From the NCBI GenBank assembly GCA_965216755.1, contig CBDCGL010000011.1, forward strand, positions 1,088,001-1,152,000: 64,000 bases of DNA, written 5' to 3'. A program made the translations under genes and the position numbers. Positions 36,989 through 47,098 of the stretch are shown here, piece by piece. The first letter of the stretch is position 1. Each line of letters opens with the position of its first letter. The stretch comes from Alphaproteobacteria bacterium. Its GTDB lineage: Bacteria > Pseudomonadota > Alphaproteobacteria > UBA7887. Under the pieces are notes generated by a model that was not told the origin of the DNA, did no database searches, and was given only the letters and a program-made list of their open reading frames with translations.

Positions 36989-38845
36989 CTAATGGGCGTC
37001 TGCGCCGTCGGTTTTCGAATGATCAGGCGCGGTGATGCCACCGGCCGGACACAACTGGGCACAAATCGCGCACCCGATACAGCTGGCCGGGTCGATGGTG
37101 ACACGATGATGCCCGTCATACAGTTCATCGCTCCATGAGATGGCCGGGCACCCCAGGTTCATGCACGACTGACATGCGGTGCAATTCTCGCTTTGGATAG
37201 TCAAGGCCGGCCCCTTGATCCGGACTGGATCGAGGACACAGGGTCGGTCGACAATAACCACGGCAACGCCCTGATAGTTGGCGGCTTCGCGGCACGTACG
37301 CAACGTCGCGCCGATGTCATAGGGGTCCGCTTTCTTGACCCACTTGACACCAACCGCACGGATCAGGGCTTCATAGTCTACGGTGTGGGTTTCCTCGCCA
37401 CGCAAGGTTCGTCCGGTGCCCGGATGATCCTGGCCACCCGTCATCGCCGTAATATGATTGTCGAGCAAGACGACGACTATGTTGGCCTTGTTGTATACGG
37501 CATCGATCAAGGGTGGGATGCCCGAATGCAAGAATGTCGAATCACCGATCGTCGCCACAATTGGTTTGGTTTCCGTGCCGGATTTGGCAATCCCGACCGC
37601 GTTCGCAATGCTGGAACCCATGGCGACCGTGGTATCGATCGACTTGAGCGGCTCGATCGCCGCCAGTGTGTAGCAACCGATATCGCCGGTGACCCGCGCG
37701 CCGAGGCCGCGTAGGGCCATGTATGCGCCCGTATGCGGACAACCCGCACACAACAGGGGTGGCCGCGCAACCGTACCCGGTGCCCAGGCCGCCTGAACTT
37801 CAGTTGCCGGCATCAAGCCGGCTTTTTCGAGCCCCTCCCGGACACGCTCTACCGACAGTTCCCCGGCGCGCGGGAAAAACTCTTTGCCCGCCACGTCGAT
37901 GCACATGGCCCGGATTTCGGTCTCGAGCAGAGGCTCCAGTTCTTCGACCACCAGAACTCGTTCGACCGAGGCGCAAAAACGCTGCACCTGTTCCCTCGGC
38001 AGGGGATAAGACGCGCCCAATTTCAAAACATGAGCGTGGGGCACGACTTCTTTGACATAGGTGTAGGCAATGCCGTGAGTAATAATCCCCAAGTTACCGG
38101 TTCCCACCTCCCACCGCGTGAACTCTTCTCCGGCCAAATGGGTTTCCAGCGCAGCTTCACGTTCCAACACCAGCGGATGGCGAAGTCGGGCATGCGCCGG
38201 AATGATGACGTTCTTGACTCGATCTTCAACGAATTGACCGGGCGTGATGTCCTCGCGCGGTCCGACCCGAACTGGGCTTCGCGTATGTGATAATCGCGTC
38301 GTACTTCGCACGATAACCGGCGTGTCAAATTCTTCGCTCAGAGCAAACGCGCGTTTCGTGAAGTTCAATGCCTCTTGGGCATCGCACGGTTCCAAAACCG
38401 GCACATTCGCAAAGCGCGCGAACAGACGCGTATCTTGTTCGTTTTGTGAACTGTGAATCCCCGGATCATCACAGACGACCAACACCAGCCCGCCATTGAC
38501 GCCGATATAGGTCTGCGACATCAATGCGTCGGCGGCGACATTTAGCCCGACATGCTTCATCGCCGCCAATGACCGAACACCCGAAAATGAACCACCGATC
38601 GCCACATCCACGGAGACTTTCTCGTTGGTCGCCCATTGCGCGCAAACATCATCTTCGGGATAGGTGCCGAGGCTTTCCAAAATCTCGGTACTCGGCGTGC
38701 CTGGATAGGCGGCTGCCAGCCTGACGCCCGCCTCCCAGGCGCCACGTGCGATGGCCTCATTACCGGTCAACGGCCTGACATCTGTCACCGCCTGGCCAAC
38801 CGCGTCAATCGTATCTTGGATGGCGATCGTTTGTTGCTCGTTCAT
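36989..38845 (-). CDS. iorA: Indolepyruvate:ferredoxin oxidoreductase alpha subunit
   Basis: GNEAIARG, YPGTPSTE, MKHVGLNVAAD, DDPG..SSQNEQD, CAGCPH, GDSTFLHSG, two C-terminal CxxCxxC motifs. Confidence 0.93.
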   Translation of the reverse strand: MNEQQTIAIQDTIDAVGQAVTDVRPLTGNEAIARGAWEAGVRLAAAYPGTPSTEILESLGTYPEDDVCAQWATNEKVSVDVAIGGSFSGVRSLAAMKHVGLNVAADALMSQTYIGVNGGLVLVVCDDPGIHSSQNEQDTRLFARFANVPVLEPCDAQEALNFTKRAFALSEEFDTPVIVRSTTRLSHTRSPVRVGPREDITPGQFVEDRVKNVIIPAHARLRHPLVLEREAALETHLAGEEFTRWEVGTGNLGIITHGIAYTYVKEVVPHAHVLKLGASYPLPREQVQRFCASVERVLVVEELEPLLETEIRAMCIDVAGKEFFPRAGELSVERVREGLEKAGLMPATEVQAAWAPGTVARPPLLCAGCPHTGAYMALRGLGARVTGDIGCYTLAAIEPLKSIDTTVAMGSSIANAVGIAKSGTETKPIVATIGDSTFLHSGIPPLIDAVYNKANIVVVLLDNHITAMTGGQDHPGTGRTLRGEETHTVDYEALIRAVGVKWVKKADPYDIGATLRTCREAANYQGVAVVIVDRPCVLDPVRIKGPALTIQSENCTACQSCMNLGCPAISWSDELYDGHHRVTIDPASCIGCAICAQLCPAGGITAPDHSKTDGADAH

Positions 38846-39297
38846 GTCAAAGCCCTGGCCCAGCTCATTTCCTCAAGCTCCGCTGCTTGGCGAGGACCAG
38901 ATGCAGAACGGCTGGCGATGGGATTGATTCGACCGCACGTCGTGTATCCCATAAGTCGCTGCCAAATCACCGCACCCCAATTTCGATGTCCGCTAAAAGA
39001 ACTCAAAAATAGACACAAAATTCACCTCGCTGGAGCATTGTCGCGTCAATCGCAGGCACCACTTTGACCTAGGTTAGGCTGCCGTAGGGCGGCCGCGCCG
39101 AACCAGCGAATCGGAACAGGAATAAAGTGCGGGAAACGGCGCTGAACAAGGGATTTGAAACCCGTCTCCTCGGTCGCCCTAATTGGCAGAGTGTCGCCGC
39201 TTTTTTGCCGCGTTGATGGATTATTCTTGTGTTTGTCAATGAACGTAACATGCTCGGAATCGACAAACGAGCGGCCTTGAGAGGGTTACATTGCGCC

Positions 39298-39900
39298 ATG
39301 AGCCGACGCAGAGATTTCACTATCGTATTGACGTTACTCGCTTGTTTGACGGTGTCGACGGGCGCCCGCATAGCCGGCGCCACCGCCGAAACCGCAAGCC
39401 AGTTCATTGAATCAGTTGGTCAACAAGTCGTTGATGTGCTGCAAACGACGCAGCCGACCGACCAAGAACGGCACATGCGCTTTCGCAGCATATTCACGGA
39501 AGCTTTTGATGTAGAACTTATTTCTAGATTTGTTCTAGGCCGACATTGGCAAAAAATGACACCCGAGCAAGAAACTGAATACAGCGCCCTGTTCGCCGAC
39601 TATGTCGTGGAGATTTACGCGCATCAATTTGATAAATATTCTGGGCAAACTTTTGAGATTGTGTCGAAAACTGAACTATCCGAAACGGATACTTTGGTTA
39701 CCCTTCAAATTCTGCGAGAAGGGGGTCCGCCGCTGCCAATCGACTTCCGCGTCAAAGACAATGGCAGCGCGCTCAAGATTGTAGATACCGCGGTGGAGGG
39801 CGTGAGCTTGATCGTGACAAAACGGTCTGAATTCAGCGCGGTCGTCGGGCGCGAGGGAATAGAAGGTCTTTTGGGTCGCCTGCGCCAAGCTCTCAGTTAG
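39298..39900 (+). CDS. mlaC: MlaC/Ttg2D phospholipid-binding periplasmic protein
   Basis: Signal peptide, RFVLGRHW, IVDTAVEGVSLIVTKRSEF. Confidence 0.85.
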   Translation: MSRRRDFTIVLTLLACLTVSTGARIAGATAETASQFIESVGQQVVDVLQTTQPTDQERHMRFRSIFTEAFDVELISRFVLGRHWQKMTPEQETEYSALFADYVVEIYAHQFDKYSGQTFEIVSKTELSETDTLVTLQILREGGPPLPIDFRVKDNGSALKIVDTAVEGVSLIVTKRSEFSAVVGREGIEGLLGRLRQALS

Positions 39901-39945
39901 GTCGCCGCATCCGCCGCGGCGCGATGATGGCGGCGGTTGGACCGG

Positions 39946-40524
39946 TCACCAGCGCAAGGTCATAACTTCATTTTCGACCTCATAACCGCGTAGGCGGCCG
40001 AGAAAACTCATTCCAAGCAGAGAGACCGACATAGGGCCCTCGTTGACGGTTGCATCGACGTTGTTGACCCGAAGTCGATTGAGACGGACTTGTCGTAACG
40101 TGACCGGCGCCATTTTGACGACCCCGTTCGCCGTTCGGGCACGCATGCTGTAGTCGAGCTCGTTGGGACCATATCCGATCCGCCTGGCATCCGCCCGCGA
40201 GAGCACCACCATACTCGCACCGGTGTCCACCAGAAATGGTATCGTGACACCGTTTACGCGCGCTTCGACCATGTAGTGACCGCGCGAATCCGCATGAATG
40301 CGCAATTTGCGGCCCCACCCCTCGTCATCCGCCGCATCTTCCGAATCGTCCCGCACGACCCGTCGCATGCTGGCGTTCAAAGGGCTCGAACGCTCCACCG
40401 CCGAATCTCGCGCCATGTTGTCGATGTCAGTGCGCTGGTCGGCGATTATTGCGCCCATCACACCGATTACCGCAACTAAGAATACCGTGCGTAGTGCCCA
40501 CCCAAGCATGTGCGAGACCCTCAA
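39946..40524 (-). CDS. Clan AA aspartic protease (TIGR02281-like)
   Basis: GHY, FLVDTGAS, TANG, SLLGMSFL. Confidence 0.9.
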   Translation of the reverse strand: MRVSHMLGWALRTVFLVAVIGVMGAIIADQRTDIDNMARDSAVERSSPLNASMRRVVRDDSEDAADDEGWGRKLRIHADSRGHYMVEARVNGVTIPFLVDTGASMVVLSRADARRIGYGPNELDYSMRARTANGVVKMAPVTLRQVRLNRLRVNNVDATVNEGPMSVSLLGMSFLGRLRGYEVENEVMTLRW

Positions 40525-40851
40525 CAGTTCAGGGTACGCGCAGTGTCAGATTTGCGCGTAATGGCCGTGATTTGGCCAGTTGGCTTGCCACCACAATATG
40601 GGCCAGCGGTTTAGGGTTCGCTAAACGGGCCGACGAAGCAGTCACCGGGCACACAAATCGTTCAACTTTTCGCGAACGATGTCAGCGCGATGTCAGAAAT
40701 TTGCGAGTCCCGACAAAGAAACGCATGGATCCGCGAGTGCGGCGGGCAGCTATAGGAAATAGCGATGCTCGCTATTAATGTTTCATTGGGTGCCGGATCG
40801 ATATGTTGGAGCAATTCTAAAAACCAGCGAAAATGCGCTCTGGGGATGGAA

Positions 40852-41070
40852 ATGGCGACGATGCACACGGGGACGGTCAAGTCATACGACAGCAAGCACG
40901 GCTATGCGGTCGTTATTACTGACGGCAGCGGATTCGAAGTTCTCGTCTCGTTTGTCGACCTGATCCGATCCGGCGTCGGCCCCCTTGCTTCGGGCCAGCG
41001 CCTGCGTTTTCGCATGGATTCACAAAGACGACTGCCGAAAGCGCGAGATCTGGTGCTTTTGCAGGCCTAA
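40852..41070 (+). CDS. Divergent cold-shock domain protein
   Basis: HTGTVKSYDSKHGY...L.SGQRLRF...A.DL resembles the CspA fold pattern. Confidence 0.65.
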   Translation: MATMHTGTVKSYDSKHGYAVVITDGSGFEVLVSFVDLIRSGVGPLASGQRLRFRMDSQRRLPKARDLVLLQA

Positions 41071-41156
41071 TACGCCAAAGTCCAACGTCACCACTACCAG
41101 CGACAGCACCCGGACCAATTGGCCCGAGCGCTTGGTCGCATCAGAAAGTGACCAGT

Positions 41157-42440
41157 CTACTCGGCGGCAGTCTTGAATTGAGCCGCCTCGGTCGAATCGC
41201 TTAACGCGGTCGTGGACGCCTTGCCCGCGCTCACGGCCATTGAAACGGCATCGAAATAGCCGGTGCCAACCTCGCGCTGGTGACGGACGGCCGTATAGCC
41301 CCGCTCCTGGGCCGCGAACTCAGCATTTTGAAGCTCGCAATAGGCGGCCATGCCACGTTCACTGTATCCTGAGGCCAACTCGAACATGGCGTGATTGATG
41401 CTGTGAAATCCAGCCAGTGTCACGAACTGGAACTTGTATCCCATGGCCCCGATTTCGCGTTGGAACCGGGCAATGTCGTCGGCGTCCAAATTTGCCGACC
41501 AATTAAATGACGGCGAGCAATTATAGGCCATCATCTTACCCGGATAGACTTTGTGCATCGCTTCGGCAAAGCGCTTGGCTTGCGCCAAATCTGGCGTTGA
41601 AGTCTCCATCCAGATCAAGTCGGCATAGGGCGCAAATGCCAAGCCACGGGCGACGCAACGCTCAAAACTCGTGCCGTCACGCAGTCGATAAAACCCTTCG
41701 GGCGTGCGTTCGCCGCTCAGGAAGGGCTGGTCACGTTCGTCGACATCGCTGGTAATCAACTTGGCGCTTTCGGCGTCGGTTCGCGCAACGATCAGGCTCG
41801 GCACGCCGCACACGTCGGCGGCCAGGCGCGCCGCAGTCAAGTTGGCGATGTGCTGCTGGGTGGGAATCAGGACTTTGCCGCCCATATGGCCGCATTTCTT
41901 CTCCGACGCTAGCTGATCCTCAAAATGGACGCCCGCCGCGCCCGCTTCGACGTAGGCTTTCATCAGTTCAAAGGCATTTAGGGTACCGCCAAAGCCTGCT
42001 TCCGCATCGGCGACGATCGGCGCGTACCATTCCCGCTGGGCGCCACCTTCCAGGTGCTCCACCTGATCCGCGCGTTGTAGGGCTTTGTTGATGCGCCGAA
42101 CCAACTCAGGACCGCTGTTGACGGGATACAGGCTTTGATCCGGATAAACAGAGCCAGAAACATTGTTGTCGGCCGCGACCTGCCAACCGGAGAGGTAAAT
42201 ACCCTTCAAGCCCGCGCGGACCATTTGCATCGCTTGGTTGCCGGTCACCGCGCCTAATGCATTGACGTACGGCTCCTCATGCAAAAGCGCCCAAAGTCGC
42301 TCGGCGCCGCGGCGCGCAAGCGTGTATTCGATGGCTACGGAACCGCGCAATTTCAGCACGTCTTCGACCGTGTACGGTCGCTCAATACCGTCGAACCGCT
42401 CAGCGCGCACATTGGTCAGATCAGCGAATCCGTTTGCCAT
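41157..42440 (-). CDS. aceA: Isocitrate lyase
   Basis: [46 protein letters not shown]; AAGGAGA RBS. Confidence 0.97.
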   Translation of the reverse strand: MANGFADLTNVRAERFDGIERPYTVEDVLKLRGSVAIEYTLARRGAERLWALLHEEPYVNALGAVTGNQAMQMVRAGLKGIYLSGWQVAADNNVSGSVYPDQSLYPVNSGPELVRRINKALQRADQVEHLEGGAQREWYAPIVADAEAGFGGTLNAFELMKAYVEAGAAGVHFEDQLASEKKCGHMGGKVLIPTQQHIANLTAARLAADVCGVPSLIVARTDAESAKLITSDVDERDQPFLSGERTPEGFYRLRDGTSFERCVARGLAFAPYADLIWMETSTPDLAQAKRFAEAMHKVYPGKMMAYNCSPSFNWSANLDADDIARFQREIGAMGYKFQFVTLAGFHSINHAMFELASGYSERGMAAYCELQNAEFAAQERGYTAVRHQREVGTGYFDAVSMAVSAGKASTTALSDSTEAAQFKTAAE

Positions 42441-42504
42441 GGGGTATCTCCTTATGATTGCCGATGGGACTATAACGCACCGCAGCATGAATCCCAACTG
42501 AAGA

Positions 42505-42572
42505 TAACTGTAAAAATGTAACTGAGTAAAACTTGAAAATATTATGGCTCCATCTTTGTCAATTTTGTAAAA
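42505..42572. promoter_or_regulatory. AT-rich aceA/ramB divergent promoter with repeated TGT(C/A)AA boxes (probable RamB operator)
   Basis: TTTGTCAA (42555-42562), TTTGTAAA (42564-42571), TGTAAA/TGTAAC near 42509-42522. Confidence 0.45.
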
Positions 42573-42579
42573 TATTCGG

Positions 42580-44013
42580 ATGGAGAAGAAAGTCATGATG
42601 GGTCATAAGCTGCGCCGATTTCGGCAACAGCTGGGCCTTAGCCAGACCGAAATGGCAGAGCAAATTGGCATCTCGCCCAGCTACTTCAACTTGATCGAGC
42701 ACAATCAGCGGCCGCTCACGGTGCAGCTTTTGTTTCGCATGGGCCAATCCTTCGATATCGACTTAAAGGAATTCGCCGAAGACGACGACGCCCGCCTTGC
42801 GGCAACGCTGGGCGAAGTCTTTGGCGATCCGCTTTTTGATGGGCAAAGCATCGGTGCACAAGAATTGCGAGAAATGGCGGCCGCAAGCCCCCAGGCGTGC
42901 GAGGCCGTTTTGTCACTTTATCGGGCCTATCGCGGCCTTTGGGAGGATACGCAAGCGCTCGCGGACCGAATGAGCGGTGGCAGCCGCCCCACCGGACAAG
43001 ATGGTCAAGCCGCACCCGCGGACGAAGTGAGGGATGTTCAACAGTCCCATAGCAACTATTTCCCGAGCTTGGAGGCCGCCGCAGAGGAGTTATGGGACAC
43101 GGCCAAATTGGCGCCCGACCAACTGGATCGCGGCATTAGTCAACACCTACAGGCTCAGCACGACATTCGCGTCAAGATTCTGCCCGTCGACGTCATGGGC
43201 AGCACGTTGCGTCGTTTCGATCATCACGGTCGTAGGATCCTGCTCTCGGAGATCTTGCCACCGTCGGGTCGGGCCTTTCAGCTCATCAGCCAAGTCGCGC
43301 TCTTATCCTGGCGCGAGACGCTCGACCGGATCATCGACGAGTCCGATCTCAGTACAGACCTGGCGAGCCGCTTGATGCGTGTTGCGCTGGCCAACTACTT
43401 CGCCGCCGCCGTGATGATGCCGTATGAACTGTTCTTGGCCGCCGCGCGCGATCTGCGGTACGACATCGACGTGCTCGGGTGCCGTTTTGGCGCCAGCTTC
43501 GAACAGGTGTGCCATCGCTTGACGACCCTGCAGCGCCCTGGTGCGCGTGGTGTATCGTTCTTCTTTATGCGCGCCGACAATGCCGGCAATGTTTCAAAAA
43601 GGCTTTCCGCGGGCGGTCTTCGCTTTGCCCGGTTTGGCGGGACCTGCCCAAGATGGATCGTCCACGACGCGTTTCGCACGCCGGGACGCATACATAGACA
43701 ACTTGCCGAAATGCCTGATGGAACACGGTTTTTTGCCCTCGCCAAGACGGTCGAACCGATCGAAGCCTGGCCCGAATCCGCTCAACCACGCTTGGCCGTT
43801 GCCCTCGGCTGTGACGTCCGCGATGCCGAGCACCTCGTCTACGCCGACGGCCTTGTCTTGCAGGACAGTGCGCGCGCAACACCGGTTGGCGTAAATTGTC
43901 GTGTCTGCGAACACCTCGATTGCGTCCAACGCGCGTATCCGCCGCTCAATCACCGCTGGCGGGTCGATGAAAATGTCCGCCGAAACGCGCCGTTTACGAT
44001 TGTGACGACGTAA
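42580..44013 (+). CDS. ramB: ScfR/RamB-family XRE transcriptional regulator
   Basis: [53 protein letters not shown]; divergent from aceA. Confidence 0.9.
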   Translation: MEKKVMMGHKLRRFRQQLGLSQTEMAEQIGISPSYFNLIEHNQRPLTVQLLFRMGQSFDIDLKEFAEDDDARLAATLGEVFGDPLFDGQSIGAQELREMAAASPQACEAVLSLYRAYRGLWEDTQALADRMSGGSRPTGQDGQAAPADEVRDVQQSHSNYFPSLEAAAEELWDTAKLAPDQLDRGISQHLQAQHDIRVKILPVDVMGSTLRRFDHHGRRILLSEILPPSGRAFQLISQVALLSWRETLDRIIDESDLSTDLASRLMRVALANYFAAAVMMPYELFLAAARDLRYDIDVLGCRFGASFEQVCHRLTTLQRPGARGVSFFFMRADNAGNVSKRLSAGGLRFARFGGTCPRWIVHDAFRTPGRIHRQLAEMPDGTRFFALAKTVEPIEAWPESAQPRLAVALGCDVRDAEHLVYADGLVLQDSARATPVGVNCRVCEHLDCVQRAYPPLNHRWRVDENVRRNAPFTIVTT

Positions 44014-45268
44014 ACCGTGTGTTGAATGCCGCGCTATCAGATACTATGGACGATGTCTTGCTTTCGGCGATCAGCGACAGCGCTCGGTGCCAGCGCTGCA
44101 GCGCCAGCTTCTTATCGTACCGCCGCAATATCAGCGCGCGCGCCCGCGCGCCCATACGACGGCAAGTCTCGGGCTCTGCCATCCAGTGTCGGATCTGTCT
44201 GGCCAGACCGGCCCCATCATCAGGATCAAAAACCATCCCTATCTTCTCTTCGCGCAGCAAGTGCGCGATCTCGCCATTTACATCGCCAACGAACAAAATC
44301 GGCCGCCCCGCCGCCATAATGCCGTAGATCTTGCTGGGAACGATCAGACCTTCCATCGACGGTTCGAGTGAGACCAAGTGCACATCGGGAACCGAAAGGC
44401 TCTCGGCCAAGGCCTCCCGCTTCTGATATGGCTTGAAGACAATATTGTTAAGCTGGCGCGCCTGTTGCGCCCGCACAATCTCTGATTGCCGTGGGCCGGC
44501 GCCAATGAACAAGAACGTCGCTCGTTGGTCAGAGATAAGCTCGGTCGCCGCATCAAGAATAGCGCCGAAACTATGTGCACGACCCATATTTCCCGAATAT
44601 CCGATGACAAATTTTTCGTCCAGCCCCCAGGCCGAACGCAAGCGGTTTTGCGCGGCGTCAAGCGGGGTGATTGCGCTCGCATCCGCCCAGTTCTCAATGA
44701 CGACGGGCTGGATCTTGTTGACCTCACGCATACGCTGCGCCATGGCCTGGCCGAGCACGACGTTCGACGCCCGCCGAAGCGAGTGGTTGCGCAAAAGAGT
44801 CAAAGCCCGTCCTGTCAACCAGCCGCCAGGCAAAACCTTTAGTGCCATGGCAACATCAGGAAATAAGTCTTGCAACCAATTGACCAATTTACCGCCACGC
44901 AGCCAAACAGTCGGCGCCGCGAAAACCGATATGAGCGGCGGATCGGTTTTCGCCACGACAATGTCGCCGCGCCGGACGAGACGCCACAAATGCCAGGTCG
45001 ACGATATGTAGTAGCCAAGATAATCAATTGCCCGGCCAACCAACCGACCACGACCAAACTGCGTTGTCGCCACGCGATAAACATCGACCCCTCGCACCCT
45101 TTCGCGGGCTGGAAATCTGGTGGCGCCATCGGAATATGATGTGCGCCCGGCGATGACCGTCACGTCCCAACCACGCGCCACCAGGTCAAAAGCGAGATCG
45201 CTGAGCAGCTGACTGGTCGCCGCATGATCAGGATAAAAAAACCTATTCAGAAACAAGACGCGCGGCAC
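43994..45268 (-). CDS. Glycosyltransferase family 4 (WbuB-like)
   Basis: NRFFYPD, KTDPP, WLQDLFP, YSGNMG, VPSKIY. Confidence 0.9.
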   Translation of the reverse strand: MPRVLFLNRFFYPDHAATSQLLSDLAFDLVARGWDVTVIAGRTSYSDGATRFPARERVRGVDVYRVATTQFGRGRLVGRAIDYLGYYISSTWHLWRLVRRGDIVVAKTDPPLISVFAAPTVWLRGGKLVNWLQDLFPDVAMALKVLPGGWLTGRALTLLRNHSLRRASNVVLGQAMAQRMREVNKIQPVVIENWADASAITPLDAAQNRLRSAWGLDEKFVIGYSGNMGRAHSFGAILDAATELISDQRATFLFIGAGPRQSEIVRAQQARQLNNIVFKPYQKREALAESLSVPDVHLVSLEPSMEGLIVPSKIYGIMAAGRPILFVGDVNGEIAHLLREEKIGMVFDPDDGAGLARQIRHWMAEPETCRRMGARARALILRRYDKKLALQRWHRALSLIAESKTSSIVSDSAAFNTRFTSSQS

Positions 45269-45271
45269 AGA

Positions 45272-45943
45272 TCACCTTTTTGACACGTCATTCGACGTGG
45301 TCATGATCCTTTGTTTCAGTTCCTTGGCCGGGTTGCCTGCGACTATCGTCCAGGCCGGAACATCGCGGGTTACGCAGGCCCGCGCACCGACCACGGCCCC
45401 GTCGCCGATGTTGACCCCCATACCCACGAACGCGCCGGCGCACAACCAAGCCTGCGCCCCGATGACGATCGGCGCCATGGTTAAGGGCATGCTTGGGTCA
45501 GAATAGTCATGCGACGCAGCGCACAAATAGGTGTATTGCGAAATGATGCTGTTCGGGCCGATACGTATGGGTGCGACGCAGTAGCACTCTACACCTGGCC
45601 CAACAACGCTGTTGTCATCGACAATCAAGTTCCAGGGTGCCCAGACCTGTGCGGATGGGTAGACCCTGACACGAGATCCGATCTTTGCCCCAAAAGCGCG
45701 CAACAAAAGCCGTCGCCAACCGTAGAACAGCCGTGGCGAGGTGCGGAACGCAACGGTATGGACCACGCCCCAAACCGCCCGTCGAACCTTGTGACCAAAA
45801 CCAAACTCACTGTGAAATCGCGTCAAATCGACGCCATCCGAAGCCGTCGCACCCGCCAGGTGCTGCGCTGGCGTGCGTGGTTCACGAAACTCAAACGATG
45901 CCGTGCGCACACTACCCCCTTCGTGGATTTTCTCGCCTAACAT
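45272..45943 (-). CDS. WcaF-like hexapeptide-repeat O-acetyltransferase
   Basis: LLRAFGAKIG, WAPWNL, SQYTYLCAASHDY, VAGNPA; start uncertain. Confidence 0.88.
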   Translation of the reverse strand: MLGEKIHEGGSVRTASFEFREPRTPAQHLAGATASDGVDLTRFHSEFGFGHKVRRAVWGVVHTVAFRTSPRLFYGWRRLLLRAFGAKIGSRVRVYPSAQVWAPWNLIVDDNSVVGPGVECYCVAPIRIGPNSIISQYTYLCAASHDYSDPSMPLTMAPIVIGAQAWLCAGAFVGMGVNIGDGAVVGARACVTRDVPAWTIVAGNPAKELKQRIMTTSNDVSKR

Positions 45944-47097
45944 CGGCTGATCAACTCGCGATAGACTGTGCGAAACCGTCGGCCGATGGCACCCCAATCA
46001 AATTGCTCAGCGACCAGCGCGGCACCCCGCCCACCCATCGCAAAACGGCATTCCGATGGCGTCGTTGTCGCGGCACGCAACCCCTTCACAACGCCGTCAA
46101 GATTTGGCGGCACCCACCACCCGCATTTGTGCTCTTCCAAAATTCCCCAGGGCGTGCCCTGGGTCGTCAAAACAGGAACGCCATATGCAAGCGCCTCGGC
46201 GACCACATTGCCAAAGTTTTCAGAGTATGACGGAAGCACGAACAGGTCGGCGTCGCGATAGAGGTCAACCTTGGCCGCCCCATAGACCGGACCGAGAAAG
46301 CTCACGACCTCCGACAAACCGAATCTCTGGGTCAACCTTTCCAACTTGGCCCTGTGCGCCCCTTCGTCAGGGCCAGCTACTTGCAACCGCCACTCCGCCG
46401 GCCGTACATGAGCCCACGCCTCCAAGAGCATTGGCAGGCCCTTTTTCGGATGAAGTCGACTCAAGAACAAAGCGGTTTTTGCATCTTTGTGCGTCGCGAA
46501 CGACTTGCGATCGGCCGAACGATCGGGTTTGTCAACACCGTTCGGTACAACCTGCACATCCACATCAAGCCCATATGTTCGGGCGTAATCGGCCTCGGAT
46601 TTGGCCGTCGCGTGCAACGACTGTGCGGTGGCTAAGTCGCGGCGTTGGTAAGTCGACCATGCCACTCGCTTCTTGAGTCGTCGGTGTCGAAAGGCCCATG
46701 GCTCCAACATGCCCCGCAGGCTAACGATCCGAGGGATCGCCTTCCGCCCGGCCAGTCGCGCGAGCGCATGGTGGTGCGCCAGCCAAATACCGTTGTCGTG
46801 CACGACATCCGCATGCCCAAACGCGCCCAACGCGCTCGCCGCGTCCCCTGCCAACGCCTGCAAATTAGGATGAGTCCCAACCAAACGGGAAGACGGCGCA
46901 GATCCGTCGGACGCCCACAACGCCACCTGCACACCCAAGTCTGCGAGCGCCAGCCCAAGCCGGGACACTGACACAGCGGGACCGCCATGCTCTGGCTCAA
47001 GACTCGTGACTGACAAAAAAACTCGCAACTGTTCTTTCCTTCCTATGCCTGCCATTGCCCATAGCCAAAGAAAACAAGCGGCCTCGACACATGCCAA
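45937..47097 (-). CDS. Glycosyltransferase family 4
   Basis: HGGPA, RGMLEPW, LSRLHPKKG, PSYSENFGNVVAEALA. Confidence 0.92.
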   Translation of the reverse strand: MACVEAACFLWLWAMAGIGRKEQLRVFLSVTSLEPEHGGPAVSVSRLGLALADLGVQVALWASDGSAPSSRLVGTHPNLQALAGDAASALGAFGHADVVHDNGIWLAHHHALARLAGRKAIPRIVSLRGMLEPWAFRHRRLKKRVAWSTYQRRDLATAQSLHATAKSEADYARTYGLDVDVQVVPNGVDKPDRSADRKSFATHKDAKTALFLSRLHPKKGLPMLLEAWAHVRPAEWRLQVAGPDEGAHRAKLERLTQRFGLSEVVSFLGPVYGAAKVDLYRDADLFVLPSYSENFGNVVAEALAYGVPVLTTQGTPWGILEEHKCGWWVPPNLDGVVKGLRAATTTPSECRFAMGGRGAALVAEQFDWGAIGRRFRTVYRELISRC

Positions 47098-47098
47098 T

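Noticed and set aside
39064-39077. Second FNR-like box upstream of iorA (TTGACCTAGGTTAG)
   Set aside because: Right half-site is too degenerate
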